NCBI GenBank assembly: GCA_018062505.1
Contig: JAGOSA010000001.1
Location: 35,434-89,521, forward strand
DNA: 54,088 nucleotides
Direction: 5' to 3'
Source: Minisyncoccota bacterium
Lineage (GTDB): Bacteria > Patescibacteriota > Minisyncoccia > Phycocordibacterales > UBA9973
How positions within the stretch are numbered: the first letter of the stretch is position 1; each line of letters opens with the position of its first letter. The notes beneath the pieces are model-generated. The model made no database searches, was not told the DNA's origin, and saw only the letters and a list, made by a program, of their open reading frames with translations. The position numbers were made by a program, and so were the translations under genes. Below, piece after piece: positions 8,138 through 17,564 of this stretch.

Positions 8138-9904
8138 CTAAAAAATATCAACAATCCTAATCCTCGCCTCCCTGCCTCTAAAGTATGACATTTCAAGCGT
8201 GCCCACGAGCGTGACTTTCATGCCGGCAGCAATAGGCTGCTGAATGCCATCAGCATCTGCAATAGTGAAATCATTAGGCGTCTTGAAAAATGCAATTGCT
8301 TTTGATGAGCCACGATCGTCGCTCATAGTAATTTCCAAATGCTCTTTTGTTTTGCCGAAGAGTTTTACGGAATCGAGCGTGACATTTTGGAAAAGAAAAA
8401 TCGGTTTTGGATTGTCGAGACCAAATGGCGCGAAGCGATCGATCTCAGCAATGAAAGCAGGTTTTACTTTGTCGAGAGAAATAGTTGCGAGCGCCATGTT
8501 CGGATTGCTTGAAGCATTAGTTTCATCCGAAGCTGCTTGATCTGCGATTTCTCGAATCGAAACATACGTTTTGACGAGCGCCTCTTCAAGAAAATGAATT
8601 TTCTCGCGAGTCGCAACGAAACCGCCAGCAACTGTGTGTCCGCCAAACTGCACAAAGAATTCTGTATTTGCTGTCATGAGATCGACAACGTTGACACTGC
8701 CGTCAGAGCGGCATGAGCCTTTGATATGTTCGTCTTCCTCTTCAACACCCCAGACGAAAACTGGCTTGCGAAGTTCATCAGTAAGTTTGCCGGCAACGAG
8801 ACCAAGTATTCCCGCTCCCCAACCAGTGCTTCCGATGACAACAACCGGACTTTCATTGCTGCGCTTAGCAAGCGTGGCCTTGGCTTCTTTCATGATTCTG
8901 GCAACAAGAAGTTTTCGCTCGTCATTTATGTTCGACAAATGTTCGGCCATTGGAATTGCTTTCGCATCTGTGTCTGCCGCAAGAAGTTCGAAAGCGCGCA
9001 TTGGCGTATCCATGCGAGAAGCAGCGTTGATGCGCGGAGCAACCATAAAGGTCAGGTCATCTTCGGTGAGATGCTCTGTATCCATTTTCATTTTCTTGAA
9101 AAGCGCGCGAAGCCCCGGACGATTGTTGCGTCGCAAAACTTTCATGCCGAAGTACGAAATTGTTCTGTTCTCGCCGCGAATTGGAACCATGTCAGAAAGC
9201 GTGCCAAGTGCCGCCATGTCGAGCATCCACTTTTCCCAGCCATCGTGGATTTTGTAGTACTCGCCGTACTTTTTGACGAATGCTTGCGCAAGCTTAAAAG
9301 AAACGCCGGCGCCAGAGAGAACTTGTTCGGGATATGCTGTGGCAAACGCACCTTCAACAATTGCGTCGACATGAGGATTGATAATCGCATACGCTCTTGG
9401 CAATTCTCCGTGCGGCAAATGGTGATCAGTAATGATGACGTCGATGCCGCCAGCAGTTGCAGCTGCAGTTTCTTCAACAGCTGTAATGCCGAGGTCAAAT
9501 GTAATCAAAAGCTTCACTCCTTTATCAATAAAGTCTTTGACAGCATCCATATGAAGTCCGTAGCCTTCGTCGTGTCGATGCGGAATGTAGAATTCAATGT
9601 GCTCGTAGCCGATTCGCTTGAACATATCGGACATAATCGTTGCCGCTGGAATACCATCACAGTCGTAATCGCTGTAAACGACAATTTTTTCTTTGCCTTC
9701 CATTGCTTCAAATATCCTGACAACAGCTTTTTCCATGTCTTTGAACAAATATGGATCGAGCAAATCTTCGTAGCGTGGCGTTAAAAATTTTTCAGCGTCA
9801 GCTTCGGCAGTTAAGCCGCGCACAAAAAGCATCTTGCGGACAATGTCGCCATAAGTCAGTAATAAATGCTCCGGTACATCCGGAGCGAGTTCCCACTTTT
9901 TCAC
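8138..9904 (-). CDS. recJ: single-stranded-DNA-specific exonuclease RecJ
   Basis: DHH-family motifs are VYSDYDCDGIPAA, ITFDLGI, IITDHH and the DHHA1-like GGHTVAGGF. Confidence 0.9.
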   Translation of the reverse strand: MKKWELAPDVPEHLLLTYGDIVRKMLFVRGLTAEADAEKFLTPRYEDLLDPYLFKDMEKAVVRIFEAMEGKEKIVVYSDYDCDGIPAATIMSDMFKRIGYEHIEFYIPHRHDEGYGLHMDAVKDFIDKGVKLLITFDLGITAVEETAAATAGGIDVIITDHHLPHGELPRAYAIINPHVDAIVEGAFATAYPEQVLSGAGVSFKLAQAFVKKYGEYYKIHDGWEKWMLDMAALGTLSDMVPIRGENRTISYFGMKVLRRNNRPGLRALFKKMKMDTEHLTEDDLTFMVAPRINAASRMDTPMRAFELLAADTDAKAIPMAEHLSNINDERKLLVARIMKEAKATLAKRSNESPVVVIGSTGWGAGILGLVAGKLTDELRKPVFVWGVEEEDEHIKGSCRSDGSVNVVDLMTANTEFFVQFGGHTVAGGFVATREKIHFLEEALVKTYVSIREIADQAASDETNASSNPNMALATISLDKVKPAFIAEIDRFAPFGLDNPKPIFLFQNVTLDSVKLFGKTKEHLEITMSDDRGSSKAIAFFKTPNDFTIADADGIQQPIAAGMKVTLVGTLEMSYFRGREARIRIVDIF

Positions 9905-9932
9905 AGGTCCATTTTACCATATACTGCTATAT

Positions 9933-10343
9933 ATGAATGAAACTCACCAAGACACACTTTTTACAAAGATAGTTAAGCGCGAAATCCCAGCGACTATTGT
10001 CTATGAAGACGAAGAATCATTGGCTTTTATGGATATTTCTCCAGTTTCTAAAGGGCACGTACTTCTCATTACTAAAGAGCCATACGAATGGATGCAAGAT
10101 GTCCCTGACGAATTGCTTGCCCGAATGTTTACAAAAACCAAGAAAATGATGGTTGTCATGAAAAAAGCGCTCGATTGCGACTACATACAGCTTGGTGTTG
10201 CAGGCGATGAAGTCCCGCATTTCCATATTCATCTTATTCCCCGACATCGCGGAGCAAAAATATTTGGTGAACACCGGCCAGAAGCTAAGTACGAAGACGG
10301 CGAAATGCAGACTTATGCAGACAAAATCAAGAGCGCACTTTAA
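9933..10343 (+). CDS. HIT-family (histidine triad) nucleotide hydrolase
   Basis: The VPHFHIHLIP triad is present, and the N-terminus reads FTKIVKREIPATIVYEDE. Confidence 0.9.
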   Translation: MNETHQDTLFTKIVKREIPATIVYEDEESLAFMDISPVSKGHVLLITKEPYEWMQDVPDELLARMFTKTKKMMVVMKKALDCDYIQLGVAGDEVPHFHIHLIPRHRGAKIFGEHRPEAKYEDGEMQTYADKIKSAL

Positions 10344-10364
10344 TTTTAATGATATAATTTCTGC

Positions 10365-12056
10365 ATGGTCAACAAAGTAATTCTCGATTACATTCATTCA
10401 GAATTTAATCGCGGCGTTCCAAAAGAAACAATAAGACAAATGCTCATCGAAAGCGGATGGCAACTTGCCGATGTCGACGAAGCAGAGCGCATCGCATATG
10501 CGACACCTGCTGCTGTTCCTCAGCCAGCCGCACCGCAGGCGACAAACATTCCTATTAGCCGCGAACAAAACACTCGCCCATTCCAAAGCACAGCTTTCCA
10601 AAACAACACGCAGCAAAATGCTATGCACAACGTAAAGCCAGCAAACCTCATGGCAGCACTTGATGCGTACAAGCAAAAAACTGCGCCAGCAGTTCAGCCT
10701 GCAATGCAGCAGTTCACACAACCAGCAGTGCGCCCGCTAACCCAGCCCGCAATGCAAAAGCCAGCTGTTCCTCTCATGGAGCGCCCAATGCAAGCAAATC
10801 CTGCCTCCCTTCCAGTTCAGCCGACAATGCAAACGCAAAATCCATTTGATCGCCCAGTTTCTGCAGTTCAACCAATTGTTCATGGAAAATCGCACTGGCG
10901 TAGCCTCAAAGTTGTTTTCGCAATTCTCTTTGTCCTTGTGGCAGGCGCTGCAGTATATGGATACTTCACTGGCTACTTTATTTCTGTCGCCAAAATGAGC
11001 GGCGATACATTTGCGGCAATTACCGAATCGAAAGGCGCAACATTTGATGCTGCGATTTCGATCGACATGACAAATGTCAAAGACGATGCTTCCCTACTCA
11101 CGATGTTGCCAGGCTACTCGCCGAACATTTCATTTGCAGTCCAAGGATCGTACAGCAAAGACGAATCAAAAAATCTCCTCTCAAATGCAAGCTTCGCATT
11201 TGCTGCCGGCACATTTTCGATCAATGCAAACACAAAGCTTACTGCCGACAATCTCTACGTCTATACAACAGAAGTTCCGCCGCTTGCCCTCTTTGATCTC
11301 GCCAACTACAAAAACCAATGGCTCTCTGTTCCAGTTGGCGAAGCAGCAGACGGCACCGAGCCCATTCCTGTCATCAGCGATATTGTCAGCGACCTCTCTA
11401 AAGTTACCCAGTTCGCAGACATCGCAGCTTCTTCAACAAATCTGATAACGATTTCGCAACGATTTATGCCTGAAACAATCGATGGCGTAGAGGCATACCA
11501 CTTTGGATTTACAATCAACAATGATCCAAGCCTCAACGATACACTCGGCACAATCAGCAATAGCTACGGCGAAGCTTGGATCGGCAAAGCAGATCACTTG
11601 CCACGCAAAATCACGCTCGCATTCGACAGCCAAGAAGGCCCTGACCCTGCAAGCCTCGCAAAAGTTTCCATGGTTATGACATTTACGCAGTGGGGCAATG
11701 ACATTACTGTCGAAGCGCCGACCGAAAGCATTCCCTTCTCGACTATTGTCGAGAGCAGTCTCGCCCAAGAGCAAGTCAAAAGCTTTGACGAAGAATTGTC
11801 TGCAAAGCTCGTTAGTCTCCAAGGAGATGCGGAAGTATTCTTCGATGCAAATACGCTCAGCTACAAAAATTTCTGCAAATCTCCAAGTGTCGCTGCTTCT
11901 TTTGCCGAAAAAATGCTCGCAGGCTGCCGTGATGCAGTTGGCTCATATGTCATCTACTCAAAACTATCAGCCGAGAATAGCGGATTCTACTGTGTCGATG
12001 CGACAAACACTGGAATCGAAATCGAAAAAGCGCCAACAGGACTTGCTTGCCAGTAA
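10365..12056 (+). CDS. membrane-anchored protein of unknown function, paralog A of a two-member family in this window
   Basis: N-terminal helical module (ILDYIHSEFNRGVPKETIRQMLIESGW), a Q/P/A-rich repeat region, one TM helix and a large outside domain. It ends in the Cys motif FYCVDATNTG...LACQ. The architecture matches 28584-30272. Confidence 0.6.
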   Translation: MVNKVILDYIHSEFNRGVPKETIRQMLIESGWQLADVDEAERIAYATPAAVPQPAAPQATNIPISREQNTRPFQSTAFQNNTQQNAMHNVKPANLMAALDAYKQKTAPAVQPAMQQFTQPAVRPLTQPAMQKPAVPLMERPMQANPASLPVQPTMQTQNPFDRPVSAVQPIVHGKSHWRSLKVVFAILFVLVAGAAVYGYFTGYFISVAKMSGDTFAAITESKGATFDAAISIDMTNVKDDASLLTMLPGYSPNISFAVQGSYSKDESKNLLSNASFAFAAGTFSINANTKLTADNLYVYTTEVPPLALFDLANYKNQWLSVPVGEAADGTEPIPVISDIVSDLSKVTQFADIAASSTNLITISQRFMPETIDGVEAYHFGFTINNDPSLNDTLGTISNSYGEAWIGKADHLPRKITLAFDSQEGPDPASLAKVSMVMTFTQWGNDITVEAPTESIPFSTIVESSLAQEQVKSFDEELSAKLVSLQGDAEVFFDANTLSYKNFCKSPSVAASFAEKMLAGCRDAVGSYVIYSKLSAENSGFYCVDATNTGIEIEKAPTGLACQ

Positions 12057-12138
12057 AATAATTTTCGGCTACTGTCAAATGACTTTTGGAGTATACTTTA
12101 TATGAGGCCGACTTTATTAGCATAGACGAAGACCATAT

Positions 12139-12330
12139 ATGCTTAGATGGACAATGACATTCTTAGTTATAGCGATCATCGCTGCGCTCCTCGGTTTTAC
12201 TAGCATTGCAGGCGCATCGATTACCATCGCCAAGATTTTCTTCTTTATCTTCCTCGCACTCTTCATCATCAGCATCATTGCTGGCGGTGTACTCTTCAAG
12301 GGAGCAAAGAATTTGACGCTCAAGCAATAA
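12139..12330 (+). CDS. UPF0391/DUF1328 small membrane protein
   Basis: [42 protein letters not shown] matches the conserved YtjA-type pattern. Confidence 0.85.
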   Translation: MLRWTMTFLVIAIIAALLGFTSIAGASITIAKIFFFIFLALFIISIIAGGVLFKGAKNLTLKQ

Positions 12331-12358
12331 GCTTACTGCTGCATCATCAATGCAACAT

Positions 12359-12388
12359 AAAAAATCCCCGCATGTCGGGGATTTTTTA
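12359..12388. terminator. bidirectional terminator
   Basis: AAAATCCCCG-catgt-CGGGGATTTT with flanking A and T runs, between convergent genes. Confidence 0.75.
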
Positions 12389-12407
12389 TTTTCTACCAAA
12401 GATGTGT

Positions 12408-12983
12408 TTATTTATTATTTTTGAGCGATTCTCGAATCATACTAAATATGGCAAAAATGATGGCGCCGCCAAATAGAATAATGTGTGTCCAGTGCCTTTG
12501 GAAGAAATTCTGGGCTTCTTTTTCTATTGCTGCCTGCTTTGGATCTGTAGCAGCAACTGTGTCGACGCGAATGTCATACGAAAGGACGAATGGCTCAAAA
12601 GACGCCGCGCTGCTTAGTTCAGCTTTTGGCGTACCGGAAAATTGAACAGTGTAGATTGATCGCTCGGGAAATGTATATGTTACAGGCGAAATGCGAGTTA
12701 CCGTTTTTTCGAATATAGATTCACCGTTCTGCAGAACTGAGACAACGCAGGTGCAATCTTCAATTGCAAAGATGTTTGCACTATCTTTGAGATCGAAGAA
12801 AATAGAAGCCGGCTCGCCGGCCACAGGACTATCGTTTGGGTCGATGTGGAGGATTGCTCCAATCGTTTGGTCTGTCTTGAGCACGTGGGCTGAGGCCTGA
12901 GGAGGCATTACCGCGAACGCGCAAGCCAATGCAAAAAGACATGATGCTGCGATAAAGAATGTTTCAAATGATATTTTTTTCAT
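12408..12983 (-). CDS. secreted, C-terminally TM-anchored protein with predicted N-terminal His after signal cleavage (YcnI/CopC-like candidate)
   Basis: The signal peptide ends ...PPQASA|HVLKTD, giving a mature N-terminal His. A beta-rich body and a C-terminal TM (HIILFGGAIIFAIFSMI) follow. Confidence 0.4.
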   Translation of the reverse strand: MKKISFETFFIAASCLFALACAFAVMPPQASAHVLKTDQTIGAILHIDPNDSPVAGEPASIFFDLKDSANIFAIEDCTCVVSVLQNGESIFEKTVTRISPVTYTFPERSIYTVQFSGTPKAELSSAASFEPFVLSYDIRVDTVAATDPKQAAIEKEAQNFFQRHWTHIILFGGAIIFAIFSMIRESLKNNK

Positions 12984-13010
12984 ACTATTTTTATTTTTAA
13001 TTGATGAAGG

Positions 13011-13781
13011 CTAATGCCTGTGTATGCTAGCGCTCTTGGCTACGAACAGCATGTAGAAATACGCTGCAAGCAACAGGAACAGCAAAATCGAAATGGCGAT
13101 CTGATTTATGTTTTTGCCGCCGGTTTTTTTCTCGAGCAATTTAGCAAAGCGGAACGACTGAAGCGCAAGCAAGCCGAAGACGAGCGTCATTACAGCGACC
13201 GGAATTGGGCGCGATAAGTTAGTGAAATGCGAACCGACAGCAATGACATGGACTATGATGATAGCGCCAGCGAGGTAGACGAAGCGATGCAGCCTCCCCC
13301 ACCACTTGCCCATCTTCTTGAAAAAGTAGTCGAACGACGTTGCAGCCATCAAGAACAAAATAAAAAGCGCGATCGCTCCGAGCCACATATCGAGGATCTG
13401 CCTGTCGCCGAGAAATGGCAGCCCAGCAAAACCTTGTAGCAAATCGAAAAAAGAAATGTACACATGCAAAAATGCAAACAAGAATGTTGAAATGCCGATT
13501 GCGCGGCGAGCATGGAGCATTGGCTTCCTAAGCGGTGCATTCGGAAAGACAAAATAGAAAGGGCTGATCAAAAGAGCAACATACAGATACCCAAAAGCCG
13601 CAAAACCAAAGAGTTCGGCAATGCGGATATTGCGGAGGTCGACAATGCTGATCTGGCTTGTGACGCCAAGGTAAATGGAAAGCGCAATTATAGCGCTCAA
13701 GATATAGACGATTGTGCGGCCGCAGCGGGCGAAAAATGGCTTTTGGTCTGCAGCTTGAGCAACGGATACGTTTTCGGGCAT
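13011..13781 (-). CDS. ferric-reductase-like transmembrane domain protein (MsrQ/YedZ-like)
   Basis: Six TM helices. RRAIGISTFLFAFLHVYISF and LHRFVYLAGAIIIVHVIAVGSHF carry the paired heme-ligand-type His residues of this family. Confidence 0.6.
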   Translation of the reverse strand: MPENVSVAQAADQKPFFARCGRTIVYILSAIIALSIYLGVTSQISIVDLRNIRIAELFGFAAFGYLYVALLISPFYFVFPNAPLRKPMLHARRAIGISTFLFAFLHVYISFFDLLQGFAGLPFLGDRQILDMWLGAIALFILFLMAATSFDYFFKKMGKWWGRLHRFVYLAGAIIIVHVIAVGSHFTNLSRPIPVAVMTLVFGLLALQSFRFAKLLEKKTGGKNINQIAISILLFLLLAAYFYMLFVAKSASIHRH

Positions 13782-13824
13782 GGCTTATTTTAGCACATTG
13801 CATATGCCCCAGCAGAACGGCCAA

Positions 13825-14268
13825 CTACCCTACTTTCTTGGCATTATAGAGCTGAGTATAAACAGAGATAATGACATTCCTTGTATGTTCGGGAACGGAA
13901 ACATTTTTTGAAAGATCGCCAAAGGCTCTTGGGTCAAGCTCAAGATCATAAAAATCATTTCTCGTAGCGCGAGCATCTGGGCCAACTTGCAGCGACATGA
14001 GGAAAAACGAAGCCACGACAAGCGACTCCTCTCGACCAACCCTGCCTTCCGAACGATGGTAGTCAATAAAGTCGACAATGCCAGAATCAAGCACCTGCAA
14101 TTCACTCCAAACAGATTCGAGAAAATCCGTGTCTTTTTGCGTTAAATCTTCTTGCGTCATAAGCTTGAGGGCAACATCGTTCAATACCAAATGAGACTCA
14201 GGCTTTATGCTCAGTGTTTTTTCGAGTTCAGCTTCCATTTTTTTATTTTGTTCAAATTTTGGATTCAT
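13825..14268 (-). CDS. hypothetical protein (148 aa), coupled downstream of the 1096-aa gene
   Basis: Start taken at MNPKFEQNKK, 4 nt after the upstream stop. The longer track ORF would overlap the upstream gene. Confidence 0.45.
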   Translation of the reverse strand: MNPKFEQNKKMEAELEKTLSIKPESHLVLNDVALKLMTQEDLTQKDTDFLESVWSELQVLDSGIVDFIDYHRSEGRVGREESLVVASFFLMSLQVGPDARATRNDFYDLELDPRAFGDLSKNVSVPEHTRNVIISVYTQLYNAKKVG

Positions 14269-14272
14269 ATAT

Positions 14273-17200
14273 TTATTCTTGCGCATATTCACCCGCCGTC
14301 GCATACTCATTTTCTGACACAACAGCTTCTTTTTGCTGAAGCAGTCTTTCCATTTCCCTATTGAATTTATTGAGCAATATCTGCGACTTGTGCGTAATCA
14401 TTTCTTCAGACGCACCTTGAACAACATAGTAGCCATCGCGCACTTCTCCTCCGCGATCAAATAGAGAATCTTGCGGACGGCCATCCATAATACCGCCATA
14501 GTTTTCATGCTTCATGACATCGAGGACAGCTTTGGCATTGACCGAACTATTGTTCGTGCCTTGCGGTCCTTTGAGGAAAATGTTGTTGGTGCGTGCGAGT
14601 GCGTTTACAAAACTTGGTTGTTGAGCTTCAAAAAGCGCTGACTCGGAAATAGTAATAGAATTCTTGAAGTCAGCAGACGCCAGCTCTTCTTCGCTTATCA
14701 ATTTTTTGTTGCGCATGATATCGATATTCTCTCCAGTATCGACATACTCGCCTTTTTTATCGACAAAGCCTCCACTAAATTCACTTTCGACAAATGAAGC
14801 ATTATGCTGGCTGACAGCATCCATCATTCCCCTCTTGAGCTTAGCCCACTCAAAAACAATTTCTTTTTCTTTTGAGGAATCGAATCTATCTTTTATCGCG
14901 CCAGTAGTGATGAGCATATCTTCAAATGCCTCGGCAGAATCCGGTACTTCCGCAAATTGAACATGGTTCGGGAGATATTTCTCTGAAACCTGTATTGCTA
15001 CGCCTGCATGGTGCGCAGTTAAAATAGCTTTTTCAAATTGCTCAATCGAATCTGTTGCCATGCCTTTTATCTCGCAGCGGACGCCACCTTGCCGAGTGTC
15101 GCTGAAATGATCAAGCTGCTTTTGGTGGATGATTTTTGTTGCGCGGATATTTTTTCCTGCTTCTACACCGGAAAGCTGCGCCATTGTCATAGTGTTGTTG
15201 AGAAATTGCATGTTTTCATCTACTCTAAGGCCACTATCGCCGCCGAGGCTCAAATGGTAGCCGCGAGGGGCATTTTCGTACTTTGTAAAATTGAGATCAA
15301 AAAGTCCCGCTTCCTGCATCAGCCTCACTTCTGCCATGACCATATAGGGATTATATGTTGGCTTTGGCGCAAATTCGTGGACGCCACCCAGACCCCTGCC
15401 GATATTTGCGGCTTTACTAATGAGCTCACTATCTTTTTTGTATCCAAATGCGCTTTCCTTGTTATATTCATCGACAATAGATTGGGTAGCTTCGTACTCT
15501 ATTCCCATAGAGACATGGGCGCCGTCTGGTATACAAGTCGGATCATACTTATCGAGAACATTTCCGATTCTTTCAAGCTCGCGCGCTAGCGCTTCCGGAT
15601 TACCAAGTCCTTTTGCTGCAACTGCCAATGTAATAAGGTTTTTTCCTTTATTTCCGTATTTTGATTCGAAAACTTCGAGGCTTTCTTGGATTTGCGGCGG
15701 CAAATGTTCTTTTTCGTTTTCAACCATAAATGAATCTTCTATATTCTTCAGCCGTCCCAGTTTTATTTCCTTATTTTCTAGACTGTCTTGAGCCCTAATA
15801 TCTTCAGCCGCTGAATCAAGAATAATCGAGTGCGCATTTTTACCATTATACTTTTCCCTGATAGACGGGAAATTCGTCATGATTTTTTCAATATGCTCAA
15901 AATTCAAGCCTTTGGCCCTCCTCTTGAATTCGATAAATACTTTTTCCTGCATCTCAGGGCTATTAAGTTCTTCTTCCTTAATATCGAAAGTCTTCAAAAC
16001 ATGATCAAACGAGAAAGGAGATTCTCGGGCTGAAATGGTCGGCAACGCCAACAGCATTTTCTCGCGGACAACTTCATATGGAACAGAAAACTTTTCAGCC
16101 AAATTACAAACTTCTTCTGTTGTAATATTTCCATTTCCGATAGCATGAGCCATTCTGCCAATTCCTTCCGTGGCAACCTCTTGCATTTCTGGCCCTGCTA
16201 ATTTCTCACGCGGAATATCCAAATATCCAAGAGTCCACACTATCGAATGTGGATATGATGTCGCGATGAATTTTTTCAATCCCACCAAAGCCTGCTCCTG
16301 AAATTCAGGAGTGTGCTTTTCTTCATCTGTTATGCCAAAGCCTGCAAAAACATCTTGTAGCTCATAGAAATTACCTTCCTCTAGAAAGATTTTCTTGCCT
16401 ATTTCTTTTATTTCCGCTTTTGTCGATTCTTCAATTGGTGCGGCATTCAAGTCACGGAGTATTGACCTAGTATCGTTTTTATAACTATCAAAAATACCTG
16501 AATTGGCAATTGTCTCTGCGTCAACATTCTTGAACTTATCTAAATATCCAAGCACGGTTCTCTGCTGTCCGCTTTCCAGAAGTGCTTTCATTAGGTCCTC
16601 GCTGAATTCGCCTTTCTCTGCCCGCTTGAGCGCACTTTCGACTACATAGTGCCTTGAAGCAGTACTGTCGGCAGTAGCGACCAAGGCAGCAAGAACAGGC
16701 TCGCTGATTCCTTCATTCCTGTTGTATATAAAATGAGAATCATGTGAAGCTAAAATGTCGTCCGCAAATCGAGTCTTCATCAAAGATTCAAGCTCAGATT
16801 TTGTAATATTTTTCCCAATGTAATGACCTAGCCTTTCGAGGTCTATTTTTTCATCTCTGAATTTGTCTTTGCCAAAATAATTCTCTAAGTGCGACAAATC
16901 TTTTTGGGCAAGGAGCGCAATCTTTGACTTGCGGATAAAATCTGAATCTCGGCTCGGACGATCTTTCTCATCAAGGCTGTAGTCTTCACTAGCCGCGATC
17001 GCTGCCTTCATTTTTTCTTTGAGCATTTCTTTTGCCTGCCTTATTGTGTCGACTGGATTTTCAACAAGAATTCCCTCGGCAACCTGCTTCCTTTTTACAT
17101 CTTCATATAGTTCCTGCATCGCCTCGGCTTCATACGCTTCAAGCGGAACATCATCCGGCTTCAGGATTTGCAGCATTGGCAAAATTTCTTTTTCATACTT

Positions 17201-17563
17201 TTCTTGGGCAGGATCTGTTTCAGGCTGATCGGACTCGGCAACAGCTTCCCCTTCATGAAAGGCTCCAAGCTGTGTGAGCGCTTCACTTTTTAGATTTTCG
17301 GCTTCTGTATTTATCTCGCGTAACTGATGGTCAAAATTGATTTCGCTCTTGGCTGCAAAAACATCAGCTTGGTTTTGCAAATTGAACTGCGCGGCAATTG
17401 CGTCGATCTTGGAGTCATCTGCGCGGAAAGCTGCTATTTTTTCTTCGATTTCGTTTCCAATTTTTTGGCGAAGCTGTTCGAGCTGTACTTCTGTTGCTGG
17501 AACTTGCTCAAGCGAAATTAAAGCAGCATTTTCCTCTTCGATTGGTGGTTTTTCATTTTCCAT
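14273..17563 (-). CDS. large (1096 aa) protein with GS-like amidoligase-type motif set and internal repeats
   Basis: Acidic coiled-coil N-terminus. Three repeats contain ..EE(K/L)..PE(F/M)QE.. (aa ~406-550). Ordered motifs GIEYE, GGVHEFAPKP, GYHLSLGG and VRCEIKGMATDSIE (aa ~683-850) resemble the Amidoligase_2/GS fold. Confidence 0.45.
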   Translation of the reverse strand: MENEKPPIEEENAALISLEQVPATEVQLEQLRQKIGNEIEEKIAAFRADDSKIDAIAAQFNLQNQADVFAAKSEINFDHQLREINTEAENLKSEALTQLGAFHEGEAVAESDQPETDPAQEKYEKEILPMLQILKPDDVPLEAYEAEAMQELYEDVKRKQVAEGILVENPVDTIRQAKEMLKEKMKAAIAASEDYSLDEKDRPSRDSDFIRKSKIALLAQKDLSHLENYFGKDKFRDEKIDLERLGHYIGKNITKSELESLMKTRFADDILASHDSHFIYNRNEGISEPVLAALVATADSTASRHYVVESALKRAEKGEFSEDLMKALLESGQQRTVLGYLDKFKNVDAETIANSGIFDSYKNDTRSILRDLNAAPIEESTKAEIKEIGKKIFLEEGNFYELQDVFAGFGITDEEKHTPEFQEQALVGLKKFIATSYPHSIVWTLGYLDIPREKLAGPEMQEVATEGIGRMAHAIGNGNITTEEVCNLAEKFSVPYEVVREKMLLALPTISARESPFSFDHVLKTFDIKEEELNSPEMQEKVFIEFKRRAKGLNFEHIEKIMTNFPSIREKYNGKNAHSIILDSAAEDIRAQDSLENKEIKLGRLKNIEDSFMVENEKEHLPPQIQESLEVFESKYGNKGKNLITLAVAAKGLGNPEALARELERIGNVLDKYDPTCIPDGAHVSMGIEYEATQSIVDEYNKESAFGYKKDSELISKAANIGRGLGGVHEFAPKPTYNPYMVMAEVRLMQEAGLFDLNFTKYENAPRGYHLSLGGDSGLRVDENMQFLNNTMTMAQLSGVEAGKNIRATKIIHQKQLDHFSDTRQGGVRCEIKGMATDSIEQFEKAILTAHHAGVAIQVSEKYLPNHVQFAEVPDSAEAFEDMLITTGAIKDRFDSSKEKEIVFEWAKLKRGMMDAVSQHNASFVESEFSGGFVDKKGEYVDTGENIDIMRNKKLISEEELASADFKNSITISESALFEAQQPSFVNALARTNNIFLKGPQGTNNSSVNAKAVLDVMKHENYGGIMDGRPQDSLFDRGGEVRDGYYVVQGASEEMITHKSQILLNKFNREMERLLQQKEAVVSENEYATAGEYAQE

Positions 17564-17564
17564 A

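Noticed and set aside
8098-8196. Longer start of the 7585 ORF
   Set aside because: It overlaps the 3' end of recJ. The internal ATG at 8097 gives a canonical N-terminal anchor.
8726-9784. 352-aa plus-strand ORF, with several others at 8244-9257
   Set aside because: It lies entirely antisense to recJ, whose DHH/DHHA1 motifs are unambiguous. Its composition (Cys/Arg/Phe-rich, no motifs) is typical of a shadow ORF. The same reasoning applies to long antisense ORFs inside the 1096-aa gene (15038-15589, 17337-17831), the adaptor gene (42347-43321), comEC, pilM and the YVTN gene.
9933-10343. Two HIT genes as a toxin-antitoxin-like duplication
   Set aside because: Both have intact triads and ordinary sizes. 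They are simply paralogs in different operons.
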